Below are positions 39,781-51,607 of a stretch of 64,000 nt of DNA, in pieces. Location of the stretch: contig OZ024742.1 of NCBI GenBank assembly GCA_964016885.1, positions 274,784,001-274,848,000 on the forward strand, written 5' to 3'. Position numbers and translations under genes: made by a program. How positions within the stretch are numbered: position 1 is the first letter of the stretch; the number at the start of each line of letters is the position of its first letter. The notes beneath the pieces were generated by a model. That model made no database searches, was not told the DNA's origin, and saw only the letters and a list, made by a program, of their open reading frames with translations. The stretch comes from Eledone cirrhosa. Taxonomy: Eukaryota.

Positions 39781-40239
39781 TAAAAATTAGAATTGGTGCT
39801 CTGAAATAGCGATATATATATGAAAGTATATATAGTGTATTTTGCAATACACTGTATGCTTAATTAAAAGCATTTCGAAGACCTTACGCTATTGTTTTAG
39901 AGTAGTGACAGTCTCACTTACTTTAAATTTTCAGCAAACAGGGGAGATAAAGCTGACAGAGCTCTGTTTCGTACTTTTTGGTACTTATCAAAGCTAACAA
40001 CTCCACCTGTTTGCTGAAAATCATGAATGATTTCTTATAGAATTCTAGTAATAATCAGGAACTGATTATACAGAGCGGTTGCCGGTCAAGCAGAAATTTA
40101 AAATTAGAATTGGTGCTCTGAAATAGCGATATATATATATGAATGTATATAGAGTGTATTTTGCAATACACTGTATGCTTAATTAAAATCATTTCGAAAC
40201 CTTACTTTAATTAAGCATACAGTGTATTGCAAAATACAT
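39781..40239 (-). mobile_element. Retrozyme-like element: 317-nt unit, about 100-bp terminal redundancy and short inverted 5' piece
   Basis: Direct repeats 39781-39886 / 40099-40206; 40207-40238 is an inverted copy of part of the repeat; central HHR; 3' end abuts (TA)n. Confidence 0.75.
39951..39995 (-). ncRNA. Type I hammerhead ribozyme, U3-A8 core, all three stems intact, long extended stem I
   Basis: agcu-UUGAUAA-guac(caaaaa)guac-GAAA-cag(agcu)cug-UC-agcu; outer helix 39928-39942 / 40006-40020 (15 bp perfect). Confidence 0.88.
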
Positions 40240-40578
40240 CAGGACTGAACAAAGTCTGATTCACCGCCTTGGGTCCTAATTCCCTCTTGGAGTCAACTCA
40301 GCTCCCTTATTTCTCTAATACCCCGTCCATTTCACACCCTTAGATTCCTATCGCTTTCTCTTGATATTAGCAGCTTCTCTTACAACTAATAAATGCCGAC
40401 GATATATGCTCACTCCACGTTTCCCTTTACTTCTCTGTATACACACATACACACCCTTATATTAACATAATTTTGCTCATAGCGTCGTACTTACATGCAC
40501 ATACACTCTTTTACTCACATATACACACACTTTTCTTCTTAGCTTCGTACGGACACACACGCACACACACACACAGAC

Positions 40579-40658
<80 letters not shown>

Positions 40659-40965
40659 AAGACATGCTTACGCACGTGCACAAGTATAGCGCTTTTAACA
40701 AAACGTTTTTTTTTCCATTTCAGTTTGACGCGCTCCATCATCCGATTTACTAAAAAATAAATCATACGCAAAACGCCAGCACCAAAGACATTTTTTTTCA
40801 ATTCCATCCCGCCCGTCCCCTCAATCTATCTTATTTCTCATTCTTTCTTCTGATGAAGGACTAGCGTCCGAAACGTTAAGACCCGCTTCCTGCTATATCA
40901 AGCTTTAAACTAATATATCCCTTCCATATACTGTACTGATTGTGTTGTTATTTCTGTTTACCTTT

Positions 40966-40975
<10 letters not shown>
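40240..40975 (+). mobile_element. PLE 3' tail fragment
   Basis: EQSLIHRLGS*FPLGVNS resembles the PLE C-terminal EQ..I..LG...P.G.N motif; HHR near the end; ends at (TA)n. Confidence 0.65.
40846..40881 (+). ncRNA. Minimal type I hammerhead (canonical core)
   Basis: ucuu-CUGAUGA-a-ggac(uagc)gucc-GAAA-cg-UU-aaga; palindromic AACGUU stem III. Confidence 0.8.
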
Positions 40976-41010
<35 letters not shown>

Positions 41011-41472
41011 GGGATAACAGGTTATCGTTATAGGCAGTCCTCTTAGATGTAGTCCAGTTAGAGTGCTCGGTGTAGTGGATGGTATTAATGTATGGCTTAG
41101 TTTGACTCAACAAGACGTTTCCATAGTGAAGCTGCGAGTTCGCGGTGATTTCTATGTAGTTTATACTTGGAGTAATAATAATTCAAGAAAGAAGAATGAC
41201 ATGGTTGGCTATACAATAAGGGCTTTATTCACATTGCTGACAATTGTTTCTTTGATCTGGTAGGTCTAGAGTTCGCTACTCGCTTGATGTTGCGTCAATC
41301 GACATCCAATACTTTGTTTATAACCAGTCGTTTCATTAGAGCACTTTAGCACGCTCTGATGAAACAATATTAGAAACGTACACCCACTTACATCTCTCTC
41401 TCCACCACCGGACCTTGTTACCCGGAGATTTACCCATTTGCATTGTCGAGGCTTCCAAACGACTTAAAGATA

Positions 41473-41504
<32 letters not shown>

Positions 41505-42215
41505 GTGTGTGTTACACGGAATCGTTTATGCTTAAATTCAGGTTCTAATGCCAGAATGTACGAAATGAACTGGGTTTGTACGTGTTGCATGATCTAAATA
41601 ATGTCGATTCATTTTGTATGCAGTCTAATTTGATTACCAAAAACACGAAACAATTTCGGATTAAATCTTCAAAACTATTTTTTCTGTGTGTTTCAAAGAA
41701 ATACGTAGTAATTACAAATGTTAAATATAATTTCCTGTAATTCAGTGTCACATTTTTACGCTGTATTACTGCCCAGGAGCGCCTTTCTGATCTAAAGGGA
41801 TTTGTTCATTTTACTTCGAGGTCATGGCCTTGTTATTTCCGTTGAACTATTTATCAAATCGTTGTTTTTCTTTCGTTTATAATTACTTATCTACATTGAA
41901 TTTAATTTGGAGGTGGATTTTAATCAATTTTTCTAGTTACCGTTTTCTCAAATTTATTACTATATCTTCTTCTTCTTCTTCTTCTTCTTCTTCATTCCCT
42001 AATCAACATACCTTTATAACACATTCATAGCGGAAGGTTTTATAAACACACAGTATCTCGTCAGATACAGAACTTCACGTATTTCATATACAAAGATATG
42101 TTAGAGTTAATATCCTTCTTTTATCTCCAGCTGAGCCAGCTATATCTATATAAGCAACTTTGGCTGATTAACCAATGTAAATAGGCTTCTAAACTATATG
42201 TTTTAGCTTACATTG

Positions 42216-42384
42216 TGGATTGGCAGTATCGGTAGAGAGTCGGACGCCATGCTCTGACGTATAGAGTATGAGTTCAAATCCCGCCGAGGTTAACTTTGCA
42301 TTTCATCCTTACGGGGTTGATAAAATAAAGTACCAGTAATGCACCGGGTAATTGCTGGCCTTGTGCCAAAAGTAGAAACAATTA
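42216..42384 (+). mobile_element. tRNA-derived SINE
   Basis: TGGCAGTATCGGTAGAG (A-box-like) ... GAGTTCAAATCCC (B-box-like), family body. Confidence 0.9.
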
Positions 42385-42410
42385 TGTTCTAACAGTAGGC
42401 GGTCGGCAAT

Positions 42411-42461
42411 ACCAGTTGGATAAAGATCTAAGTCAGAAATGATGACGTAAAAATCACTGGT
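42411..42461 (+). ncRNA. Decayed type I hammerhead (core UGGAUAA)
   Basis: accagu-UGGAUAA-a-gau(cuaa)guc-a-GAAA-[degenerate stem III]-UC-acuggu. Confidence 0.5.
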
Positions 42462-43258
42462 TGTCTGTACTTAGCTTCTGTCAGTTTTCAAATTCATAGC
42501 GGAAGGCTTTTAAAATAATTATTTATAAACATCCCGTATGTCACAAAATATTCAATTTCACGTATTTTACACACACACACACACACACGCACACACACGA
42601 AGGACTACTTTATTCATATGTAACCCATTTGCAACTCCGCAGCACGTTTATTCTCATATTTACACATATTTTTTTCTCCCGCTGTGACCCGTCTATTTCT
42701 TTCTTACTGCTTCCTCTTTCTCTGTATCTTTACCCTCTCTAACAGTCACTCTCTCTGTTAGCCTCTTCCTCACCCTTCACTCACTCACTCTCTGTTACTA
42801 CCTCTCCTCCTCCTCCTTCTTCACGTTTTACCTGTGCGTAATTCTTTTCTTTCGCACGCTTGGCCAGCCCGGTCGACATTTTTTCTCTCTCTCGTCTACG
42901 ATTTCACAGAACTTATGTTTACCGAATTCACAGACTAGACCCCTTCTTCCTCCCGTTAGACCTTTGCGAAATTCCATCCTTGCTCACATTTCAACCAGGT
43001 TTGATGGGCTTTATTCTCTCTCGTTCACGATTTCACCGAACTTATATTCGTGGAAATTTTTGGACTTGACTCACTCTTCCTCATTTTTCGTTGCTTCACC
43101 ATCTTTGTTTGTTTACACTCTCGCTGTTCCCTTTATTTACATGTCCCAACGACTTTCTTTAGCCGTTGCTCGCACCAACCGGAGGTATATGGTCTTTAAA
43201 GCGAAGAAATACCGATGATGGTTGGAAGATCACTGATGAAGGACCACTTTATTCATAC

Positions 43259-43315
<57 letters not shown>

Positions 43316-43755
43316 AGGATTCAATTCAATTCAAGCACTAGATGTCATATTACTTTTTTCAAAATAAGGATGAGGGAATAGATTTAGAATGAGGAAAAAT
43401 GCAAAATTGTAGATGTTAAAGGGTCCTTTATCAATAGAACCGTTATACATATTTCAATGACGATCAATATCGTCTCTCCATTAGACAGCAAATTTGAAAA
43501 AAGATAGTATTTCCGAGGCAATTATGAGTGGAAGAGAGCGAACTGAAACACATTTATGCTTTAGCTTTGCTTCAGAAGGGAGACGACAACCAATGATAAT
43601 ATTTTTTTACTCCGCACCCTTTAACACATAATTGTCTCGGAAACGTTAACGTTTACTCAATATTGCTGTTTGATGAAACTACGATATTGATTGTTATTGA
43701 AATATGTATAGCAGCTTTATTAATAAAGGACTCCTTAACACAAATATATATTTAT

Positions 43756-45141
43756 AGAGTGGCGGACTGGCCAGGTTGCCAGGTTGCCCAATTGCAAGTG
43801 GGCACCAGGGGGCCCACCGTAGCATGTGCAGAATCCCACAATAGCATTGCAGGAGCCCAATGTAATATTTTAGGGGTCAATGTTTTGTTTTCAAAAAATA
43901 CCTGAAATCTAACAGAAAGAATAAATAAAAATGCATGCATGCAAACGTGTGACACACACACAAGCATATATATACATATATACTTACAGATACACACGAA
44001 CTACTGACCAAATAATTTGTTTGTATCAATGGGTTAAAGAGATCTGTCAGATCAATTAGTCGTGAAGTTGGTGTATGTATATAGAAAGCTTTAAGCAATA
44101 CTCCGACCGACTTCCCTCTCACTCAACAAACATTAGGATATACTTTAGTATAATCCCAATTATACGTTTGGGGTGCTAACTATACGTATTTTGCGGATAG
44201 CCAGTTGTATTATTTTATATGAGACATAATTAAATACATCCCTCCTTCCAAAACGATCGCCTTCATTATAAGTGTTCTACAAGTTGGGAAAATAATGTAC
44301 AGGTTATGTAGAAGCCTACACATAGTCTATAGGAATATATGCAGGTGGGCACTTATAAATCATCAGTGGATGCCCAACAATATCGATATAAAAAAAACCC
44401 TACCGATATTAACATTCAGCGATGGTACCCGTCAGTGTTAGAGGGACCGCCAAATTTGAAATTCCAGCAGTCTCACAAAGAGAAATCTCACACCGTCACC
44501 AAGCAGGAAGGGGAGGTCATCGCAAAACATAAAAGGATAAAATAATATGCACGCAGGTCAATTAATTCTGTCAAGAATTTTCACCATGCGTGAAGAACTC
44601 AATTGGATATTAAAAAAATAAATATATACATGTATTATTTATACATGCATATAGGTATTTTCCCAGGCTAAAAACAGAGGCAAGACACCGGAAAAACAAT
44701 CATTATTTCAAGTTCAAAATCCCGCCGAGGTTAACTTTGCTTTCATCCTTACGGGGTCGATAAAATAAAGTACCAGTAATGTACAGGCTAATTGCTGGCC
44801 TTGTGCCTAAAATAGAAACAATTATTTCATACAAAGAATAAATAAAGAAAGTCATACCTAAAAGTATCTGGAAATGTTCATATATATACATATATATACT
44901 GAGTGAGTGTGAAAGACCAAAGGTCATTATCGAAAGTCTCTAGATTTCGCCAAATACATAGTATTTTTTATTGGAGGAGGTAAGATATTTTCTGCAAAAT
45001 TTTTATTGCACTGTTTTGTTTCCACTTATGTATGTTTTGAAAATGTTATTTATTCCTTATAAAAATTAAGTAATAGCATTCACTATGTAGGTGGGCCCTC
45101 TTCATCTCCTGGCAACCAATATATTTAGACCGAGTCCGCTA

Positions 45142-45144
<3 letters not shown>
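43756..45144 (+). mobile_element. Non-autonomous hAT-like element ends (contains a SINE and other inserts)
   Basis: Left AGTGGCGGACTGG...GGTTGCCAGG; right CCTGGCAACC...AGTCCGCTACTG. Confidence 0.6.
44710..44825 (+). mobile_element. 5'-truncated SINE
   Basis: Family body from the T-loop to GAAACAATTATT. Confidence 0.88.
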
Positions 45145-45209
<65 letters not shown>

Positions 45210-45212
<3 letters not shown>

Positions 45213-47047
45213 CTTGAATTTGGTGATAACTGAAACAACAAATCTTTTTGTACCTGCGGTTTCTTTTCATTTGTTCTACTATTTAGCAATGTTTGTGGTA
45301 GCATCATACAAGAGAATACCTGTATGGAAAAGAATATTGGCAAACATCTAGGCAAGAAGAAATGACACGGTGAAAGCCAATTGGTCGAGATCAGATGCTC
45401 AGGAAAATTCAATGCACCAACAGCTATATTTTGACGTTTTGAGGATGCTACTGCCAGCACTTTTTTAAATATATTTGGATGCTTATCAATGATACAAGAG
45501 TCAGACAAGTTTGATGCAAAGACTCACCATGATGCCAATGTTTTACTTCAAAGTCTTCTAAACTTAAAAAAAAACATTTGAAACTAGAGCCACGTTACCA
45601 ATGTTATCTACTGCATAAAGTTTTATCGATTCATCTACAATGAGGTTGAAGGAATGGACAAGACAGGCTGACAACGTTCATTGCTAGGCCTTGGAATTTG
45701 TAAATAAATGTAATGATAAGATGTCACAGATAAATAACAGATGAAAATAAAACATTAGAAATTGATACTTTGAAAAATGCGTTGCTAGTTCAGAGAGATA
45801 TAAAGAGGAAAAGAAGATAAGGTTGTTAATGATGATGGAAATTCCTTAGATTGTCTGGTTGATTTTCGAGTAAATATGTTTAACCTGATAATGGATCGCA
45901 TTGTTCAGCCAATAGAATCACAATTTGTACAGCACTAATACTTTATTAAATATTCATCCTGCTAATAATCCAAACTATTGCAGAGAAGGGCTTCTAATGT
46001 GAAGCATTTGAAGGTTTTATTAAATTGTTTCCACAAATCATCAAAGACCAAGTGAAATGGGAATTGTGTTCTTTTGATTCAAACGTTGAAGTATTAAAGC
46101 TTTTGCTTAATGAAGGTGAGAATATGGTTTCCAGTTACAACAACTCTAAAATTTACAGCACTTGCCCATCGTGTGTACAAAAAATTCCGACATTCAACAA
46201 GGCCTAAGATAAACTTTATGAAATTTATAAAATTATCTTCACACTATCAGTTACACAAGTCCAATGTTCTCACATTGGACTTGTGTAACTTCAAAGCTAA
46301 ATATTATAAAGACAAGTTTATGAAATTTGCTGTCTGGGGAGATGTTGGAATCATACATGTTGCTATCCAATGTCGTTAGATGAACTGGATACAGAAGAAA
46401 TTAGTGAAAGATTTCCATGATCTTCTAGTGAACTCAAATGATTGCTCTTACTATAGTGTACTTTTGAACTATCTGTTAATGTGTAAATTGTGCAGTACAA
46501 GTAAACTAATATATTGTCATTTTGGAAATATAATGTTATATCGAAAAACATATTTAACGGCTTTATAAAAATAAGTAGGTAAAAAATAATAATAGAAGTA
46601 AAATATTTAAAGTAGAAGAAATCAAAACTATGTAAATTTATCTTTTATTTTTAGACAAAATATGTAAAATTCGTTTGAAAGAAACTGAGTTATAGATTTA
46701 TTGGACTTTATTATTCAGTTTGGTTTAAACTTTCAAAATAACAGTATTTATTCGAAACTAACAGTATACTAAACATTCATCCCAAAAGATATTTAACATT
46801 ACATTATAACATTCTGTATTTGCATTTATATACTGCCAGTAAGGCACCTGTACCTGTACACTGTAATTAGGTTTTTAAAAAATACATTGCTTCTCACAAA
46901 GATTTTAATTGCACTTTTTTGTTTCCACGTGAGTAACTTTTGAACATTTTATTTATTCGTCTTGAAAATTAAATGACAGCATTGTAGTTGCGTGTGGGAC
47001 ACATTTGTCTCATGGCAACCAATATTTTTAGACTCAATCGGCCACTG
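45210..47047 (+). mobile_element. Decayed hAT transposase and right terminus
   Basis: TLSVTQVQC...SKLNIIKT.L...LS.EMLES.MLLS (hAT dimerisation domain) at about 46240-46370; terminus 46900-47047 is homologous to 45000-45144. Confidence 0.7.
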
Positions 47048-47589
47048 TATATATCTATAAAAATTATATACTTAGATAAATCTCCTTCATTGAAATTGAA
47101 AATAATGTGGCATCTAAAGGCGGTTACAAAATCAAGGATCGTAGGAGTACTAGGAATGATCAGAATAGGAACAGAAAATAGTATGAGCATGATTACCGTC
47201 CCACCATCTCTGCAAGAAGTGTAGAGATGGTGGGAAGGGGATCATTTTTAACTCTTATGGTAAACGCATTGACAAGATCGCTATGGCTCTGAGAATAGCA
47301 ATGCTAAATACATATTTTTTTAATGATCTTATATAGTAATCACAAGTCCCCAAAGTTGTGTATATGTATGTGCGTGTGTTGGCATGTGGATTGTGCGTGT
47401 ATACAGATTTAATACAGGAATGTAACACTAAAACATAAACAATTTTTATTACTCGATAGGGAAGAGACATCCGAGGTAGAGTAGCAAGGCAACTTTAAAA
47501 CAATAATTATTCCTCAATAGGGATGAGATGTCCGAGGTCTACCCGTTGAAAACCCCATAAAACGACGGTTGAACTGAGCGCTAGTGAAT

Positions 47590-48090
47590 ATACCCTCTCT
47601 TAGTTCTGCTGTCTCGATGTACAGGCATATACTCAATCGTGTCCACCACACAACCTTTTAAGCTATGGCCACCAGGCATATGAAAATAGCGCGGCTAGTT
47701 GATCGTCTTAAAAACCCTGTGTCTCCCGAAAGACATCGTTGAATTTCACCGCCCCCTAAGCCTCTATAGAACGATAAAGTGGAGTTTGTACCGATCAAAG
47801 TACCAGACAGGCAGAGAGCTGTGAGCGGTTGAAGCGCGTTTCAGGGTCCAAGCGCTCCCTCTGTTAAGGAAACGAGCCGTGGAAAATATGTCTGGCGAAA
47901 GGCAACCGCATCTGTTCAGCGTCAATGGAACACTGGAGACGTCATGGCCTCAGCAATTTAACCGATCCGTCCGTCCGGCAATATTCTACTTTGTTGCTCG
48001 GCATGGGCTTGTTACTCCAAGTTATTGTCAGCTCCTGTTACAGCTTCGTTCTTGTTGAGAGACGTGCCTAACCAGTCCGAACACGTGATG
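47590..48090 (-). mobile_element. Tx1-type LINE 3' fragment (older relative of the 5-14 kb family)
   Basis: GTSLNKNEAVTGA versus GTALKEYEAVTGA in copy B; FICLVAIA.KVVWWTRL. Confidence 0.6.
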
Positions 48091-48099
48091 TAGGATTCT

Positions 48100-49700
48100 G
48101 AAAGTTAATAGTTCACTCCAACCACAAAGCCGATATTGTTGTACATTGCAGTGATGCAGAATCTGAAATCGGGCTCGAAGCTGGCTGTATTGAGGATTGC
48201 TATGAGATAGTGTTGGCCCACCCTGAAAAGAAAAGAATCACTGACGGGTTCGTGATAGCAGATGTGGAGGAGGACTTCCTTTTACGAAGTCAGAGGGTGG
48301 TCACCCAGATATTCTTGTTTGCTAAGCTGAGGTCAGATGACAGTTTAAACTCAAATTCCGCTAATGTCCGCCTTTTTGTCTATGCTGTGACTATTCGTGT
48401 CTGTTGGTACCGCGAATGAAAGAACGACTCATTTCCATGCCAAGCTTTGTAAGCTTCATTGTTTGTTCGGATGGCAATTTTCCCTACTTGATATAAAGAT
48501 GGTATCCTCTTGTTACTCGGCACATGAACAGGCAACTTTCCTTAATATCATTAAACAGCTGAAGCAGAACCTGCTGATGTGAGTAATCTCAATTCCGTTT
48601 GAACTGATACCACCAACAGAGTCTATCTTCCAGCATACGGTACAAGGGAGAAATCATCCCTCGAAAAGGGTGTCCAGTTTATGACACTTTCTGACGGCCG
48701 GGACTTTGCGAGTATCCCCACTCTCTCTTTTTTAGTCTTTTCTGGCAGCATATTTTAATATTGTAGTTTCCATCCTCCAACCTAATTTACTGTACTAGAG
48801 CGATGCAACTTTGTTGTGGAAATCCCAAATTTATCTAGCCGGTAGCATCTGAACACTTTGACTCGTTTCTACTCATTTCCTGTAAGGGTTGTATGATTCC
48901 AGTTATAAAGTGTCAAGCTTTGCTCTCTTCCTCACCCTCGATGTGGTCTCGGCATACATATCTGTTGTGGTTCTATCCCACGCGTCCAGGAAAGGTCACA
49001 TGCCGATCGCCTTATCTTGCAGCGTTAAATGGAGACTGCACTACATTTTTCGAGTAGGCCGCTCTACCTACGGCCTAATCACCTCTCTTGTTAGCACAAC
49101 GGAAAAACTATTCGGGTTGACTCTCTTTACCATTTCGCCAGTCACCAATGTGGTACTTTTCTCAGACCTGCGAAGACAAGGTAATTTTAGGGCCAGCCTT
49201 CGCTTACCTCGTCGTATCTATGACACTATTAGCTTTCCTCGGAGCTAATAGTGTCAAACTTTGCTCCATCTCCTTCAGCAATTTACCCTTGTTGATCTGG
49301 GGTGACTCATTCGTTCAACAGAAGCCCGTTTATATTGGAACTATCCGTCATATCTGTTGGCTGTAGCGATAGCCGACATCTGAAACCCTTTCCCTAGTAG
49401 AACTCTGTCGAGATTGTATGACCTCCTTCAAAATGAATTAACGTTGAAGAATATGAAGTATTGTACTATGACATCCACTAACACATTAGTTTGGGAATTT
49501 CATCCACATGGACCTCAATATTAGACATGTAATATAATTAAGGTATTTGCACTATAATGTAGGATACTTTAGAACCCTTATCGCATTCTGAAATCCATTC
49601 TCTTTTAAACGGAATAATCACCGAGGTGATCTAGTATGTCAGTCGATTTCAATGATGAAAATCAAGTTGTACGATCAACTAAACATTCTACTGTTAAAAT
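48100..49700 (-). mobile_element. Decayed APE-type LINE RT (CR1/L2/Jockey-like; clade uncertain)
   Basis: Weak remnants KSPG, KAWH and a degenerate RT motif-4-like stretch on the minus strand. Confidence 0.4.
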
Positions 49701-50174
49701 GTTCGTGTTCTTGGCTGACTAGATATGCAACAAACATTTATAAATATGGCATAAATATAAAAAATAATCCCACTTTCAAAGTAACAATAATCCACCAAAC
49801 CAGGAAATAATCTCGTTAATGACATACCAGTTGATTTCAGATTGAAGACATCATACATATCGAATGTTCGATTGATTTTACATATTCTAGAAGAAATAAA
49901 TATAAAACTAATCACTTTATAATTCTCTCGTTTGAATTTAATCACGACGAGCGGACAATTCAGTCGAATTTCTTTCTTCCTGGAAAAGTTACATACTTAT
50001 TTTAGATTTTCACAGCTCAGTCTGAGTTTGATCAATAAAACTGCGGTAGGGACATTGAGTAAACAGGTACATATAACCTTATCTTATTTATGTTACTCAA
50101 ATTGATTTTTAAAGCTCTGAATAATTGGTTTTGATTAATGACCTCATCCAGACAAATTGTTATTTGTCGGATTT

Positions 50175-50213
<39 letters not shown>

Positions 50214-50373
50214 TATATATATATATGTGTGTGTGTCTATACTTGTGTATACACACAAACACATGTATATATTTATACGTGTATATGTGTGTGCGCGTGT
50301 GCGTATATATATATATACATACAATCAAAATCATTTATATATACATATTTTCTTTATTTATTCGTATTTATTC

Positions 50374-50762
50374 TGTTCATTCAAAAATATAGACCAGCAT
50401 TAAATATAGTTTAATATACATTATGTGAACACCATAACATGCTAACCATCCAAACAGTCACCTACATACCGCACACACGTAACACATTCCATATTCGAAA
50501 ATAAAAACCAGAGCTAAATAAACCTTAACATACGTTAATACTCTAACACTTTAACATGCTAACCACACCCCCTCACACACATAACTCCCTCCCCTATTTC
50601 TACTAATGGAATCATTTTCCTACACACACACACAAAATATATATATTCTCTCCATTTTAACATGCTAACCATACCCCCCCCCCCACACACACATACACAA
50701 ACACAAATAACACCCATACACACACACAACTCCATCCCATTTCTACTAATAGAATCATCTTC

Positions 50763-50799
<37 letters not shown>

Positions 50800-51323
50800 A
50801 GCACACAAATAAACATACAATATCTCTACTTTCTTTATTTCAATAGAAAGTCTGAAATTTGACACCTCAGCGCACCAGACATATTCACTGAACCAGAACA
50901 ATTCTCCCCATCCCGGTTTTCTTGACCATTATCTTTTGTTTGGCACAACATTCTCTAAATGGCTACAAAAAAAATCCAAAGTATGGGCGCGAAATTTAAT
51001 GTACTTGTTCACGTGAAGGTCATAATTTCATTTATAACCAATCAAATTACATTTATAAAAAAAGCCTTTTAAGGTAAAAAGAAATTCAAACACAAACTGG
51101 CGCGAAAGCTGATGCGTTTATTCACGTGACTGCATTAATCAACCAAACTTCACTCATATATGAAAATACAATCTGAGCCCCCCTTTTTTGAAGGCAAATA
51201 TAAGAACTTTGTAACGTTAACTGGCGAGAAATTTATTATACTTATTCACATGACAGTCATCAACCAACCAAATTACTTCTCTAAAAACCTAGCATGTCGA
51301 GCCACTTTTTTTCATATAAAACA
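50374..51323 (+). mobile_element. Solo 3' end / pseudo-LTR of the PLE family found at 25.9-29.9 kb
   Basis: Colinear homology to 28274-29655 (ATATAGACCAGCATTAAATAT ... CGAGCCACTTTTTT). Confidence 0.85.
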
Positions 51324-51379
51324 GACGTTGCCTGGCAATGAACGGAAAAAGCGAAGATAATATGTCATTATGTGGGGCG

Positions 51380-51547
51380 TAAGAGTCGGACACCATGCTT
51401 TGAAGCATAGAGTTACGTCCCTTTATGATCTGAGTTCAAATACCGCCGCGGTTAACTTTGCCATTCGTCCTTACGGGGTCGATAAAATAAAGTACCAGTA
51501 ATGTACTGAGTAATTGCTGGCCTTGTGCCAAAAATAGAAGCAATTAT
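51380..51547 (+). mobile_element. tRNA-derived SINE
   Basis: Family sequence. Confidence 0.88.
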
Positions 51548-51607
51548 GTGGAGCGTGACAAAACCACGTTTATGGTATAAATGAAGTCGTAGGCTAATAT
51601 TCTATTT

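Larger units (their letters stand above)
42023..42570 (+). mobile_element. Old retrozyme-like unit (about 300 nt once the SINE is removed)
   Basis: Direct repeat ATTCATAGCGGAAGG at 42023 and 42492; ATGTAAATAGGCT at 42175; decayed HHR at 42411. Confidence 0.55.

Noticed and set aside
41350-41385. CUGAUGA...GAAACGUA
   Set aside because: Stems I and II do not pair.
42216-42295. tRNA gene
   Set aside because: A/B-box-like sequences belong to the multicopy SINE head; no full cloverleaf.
43230-43258. CUGAUGAAGGAC running into (TA)n
   Set aside because: Only the 5' half of a hammerhead; no GAAA half.
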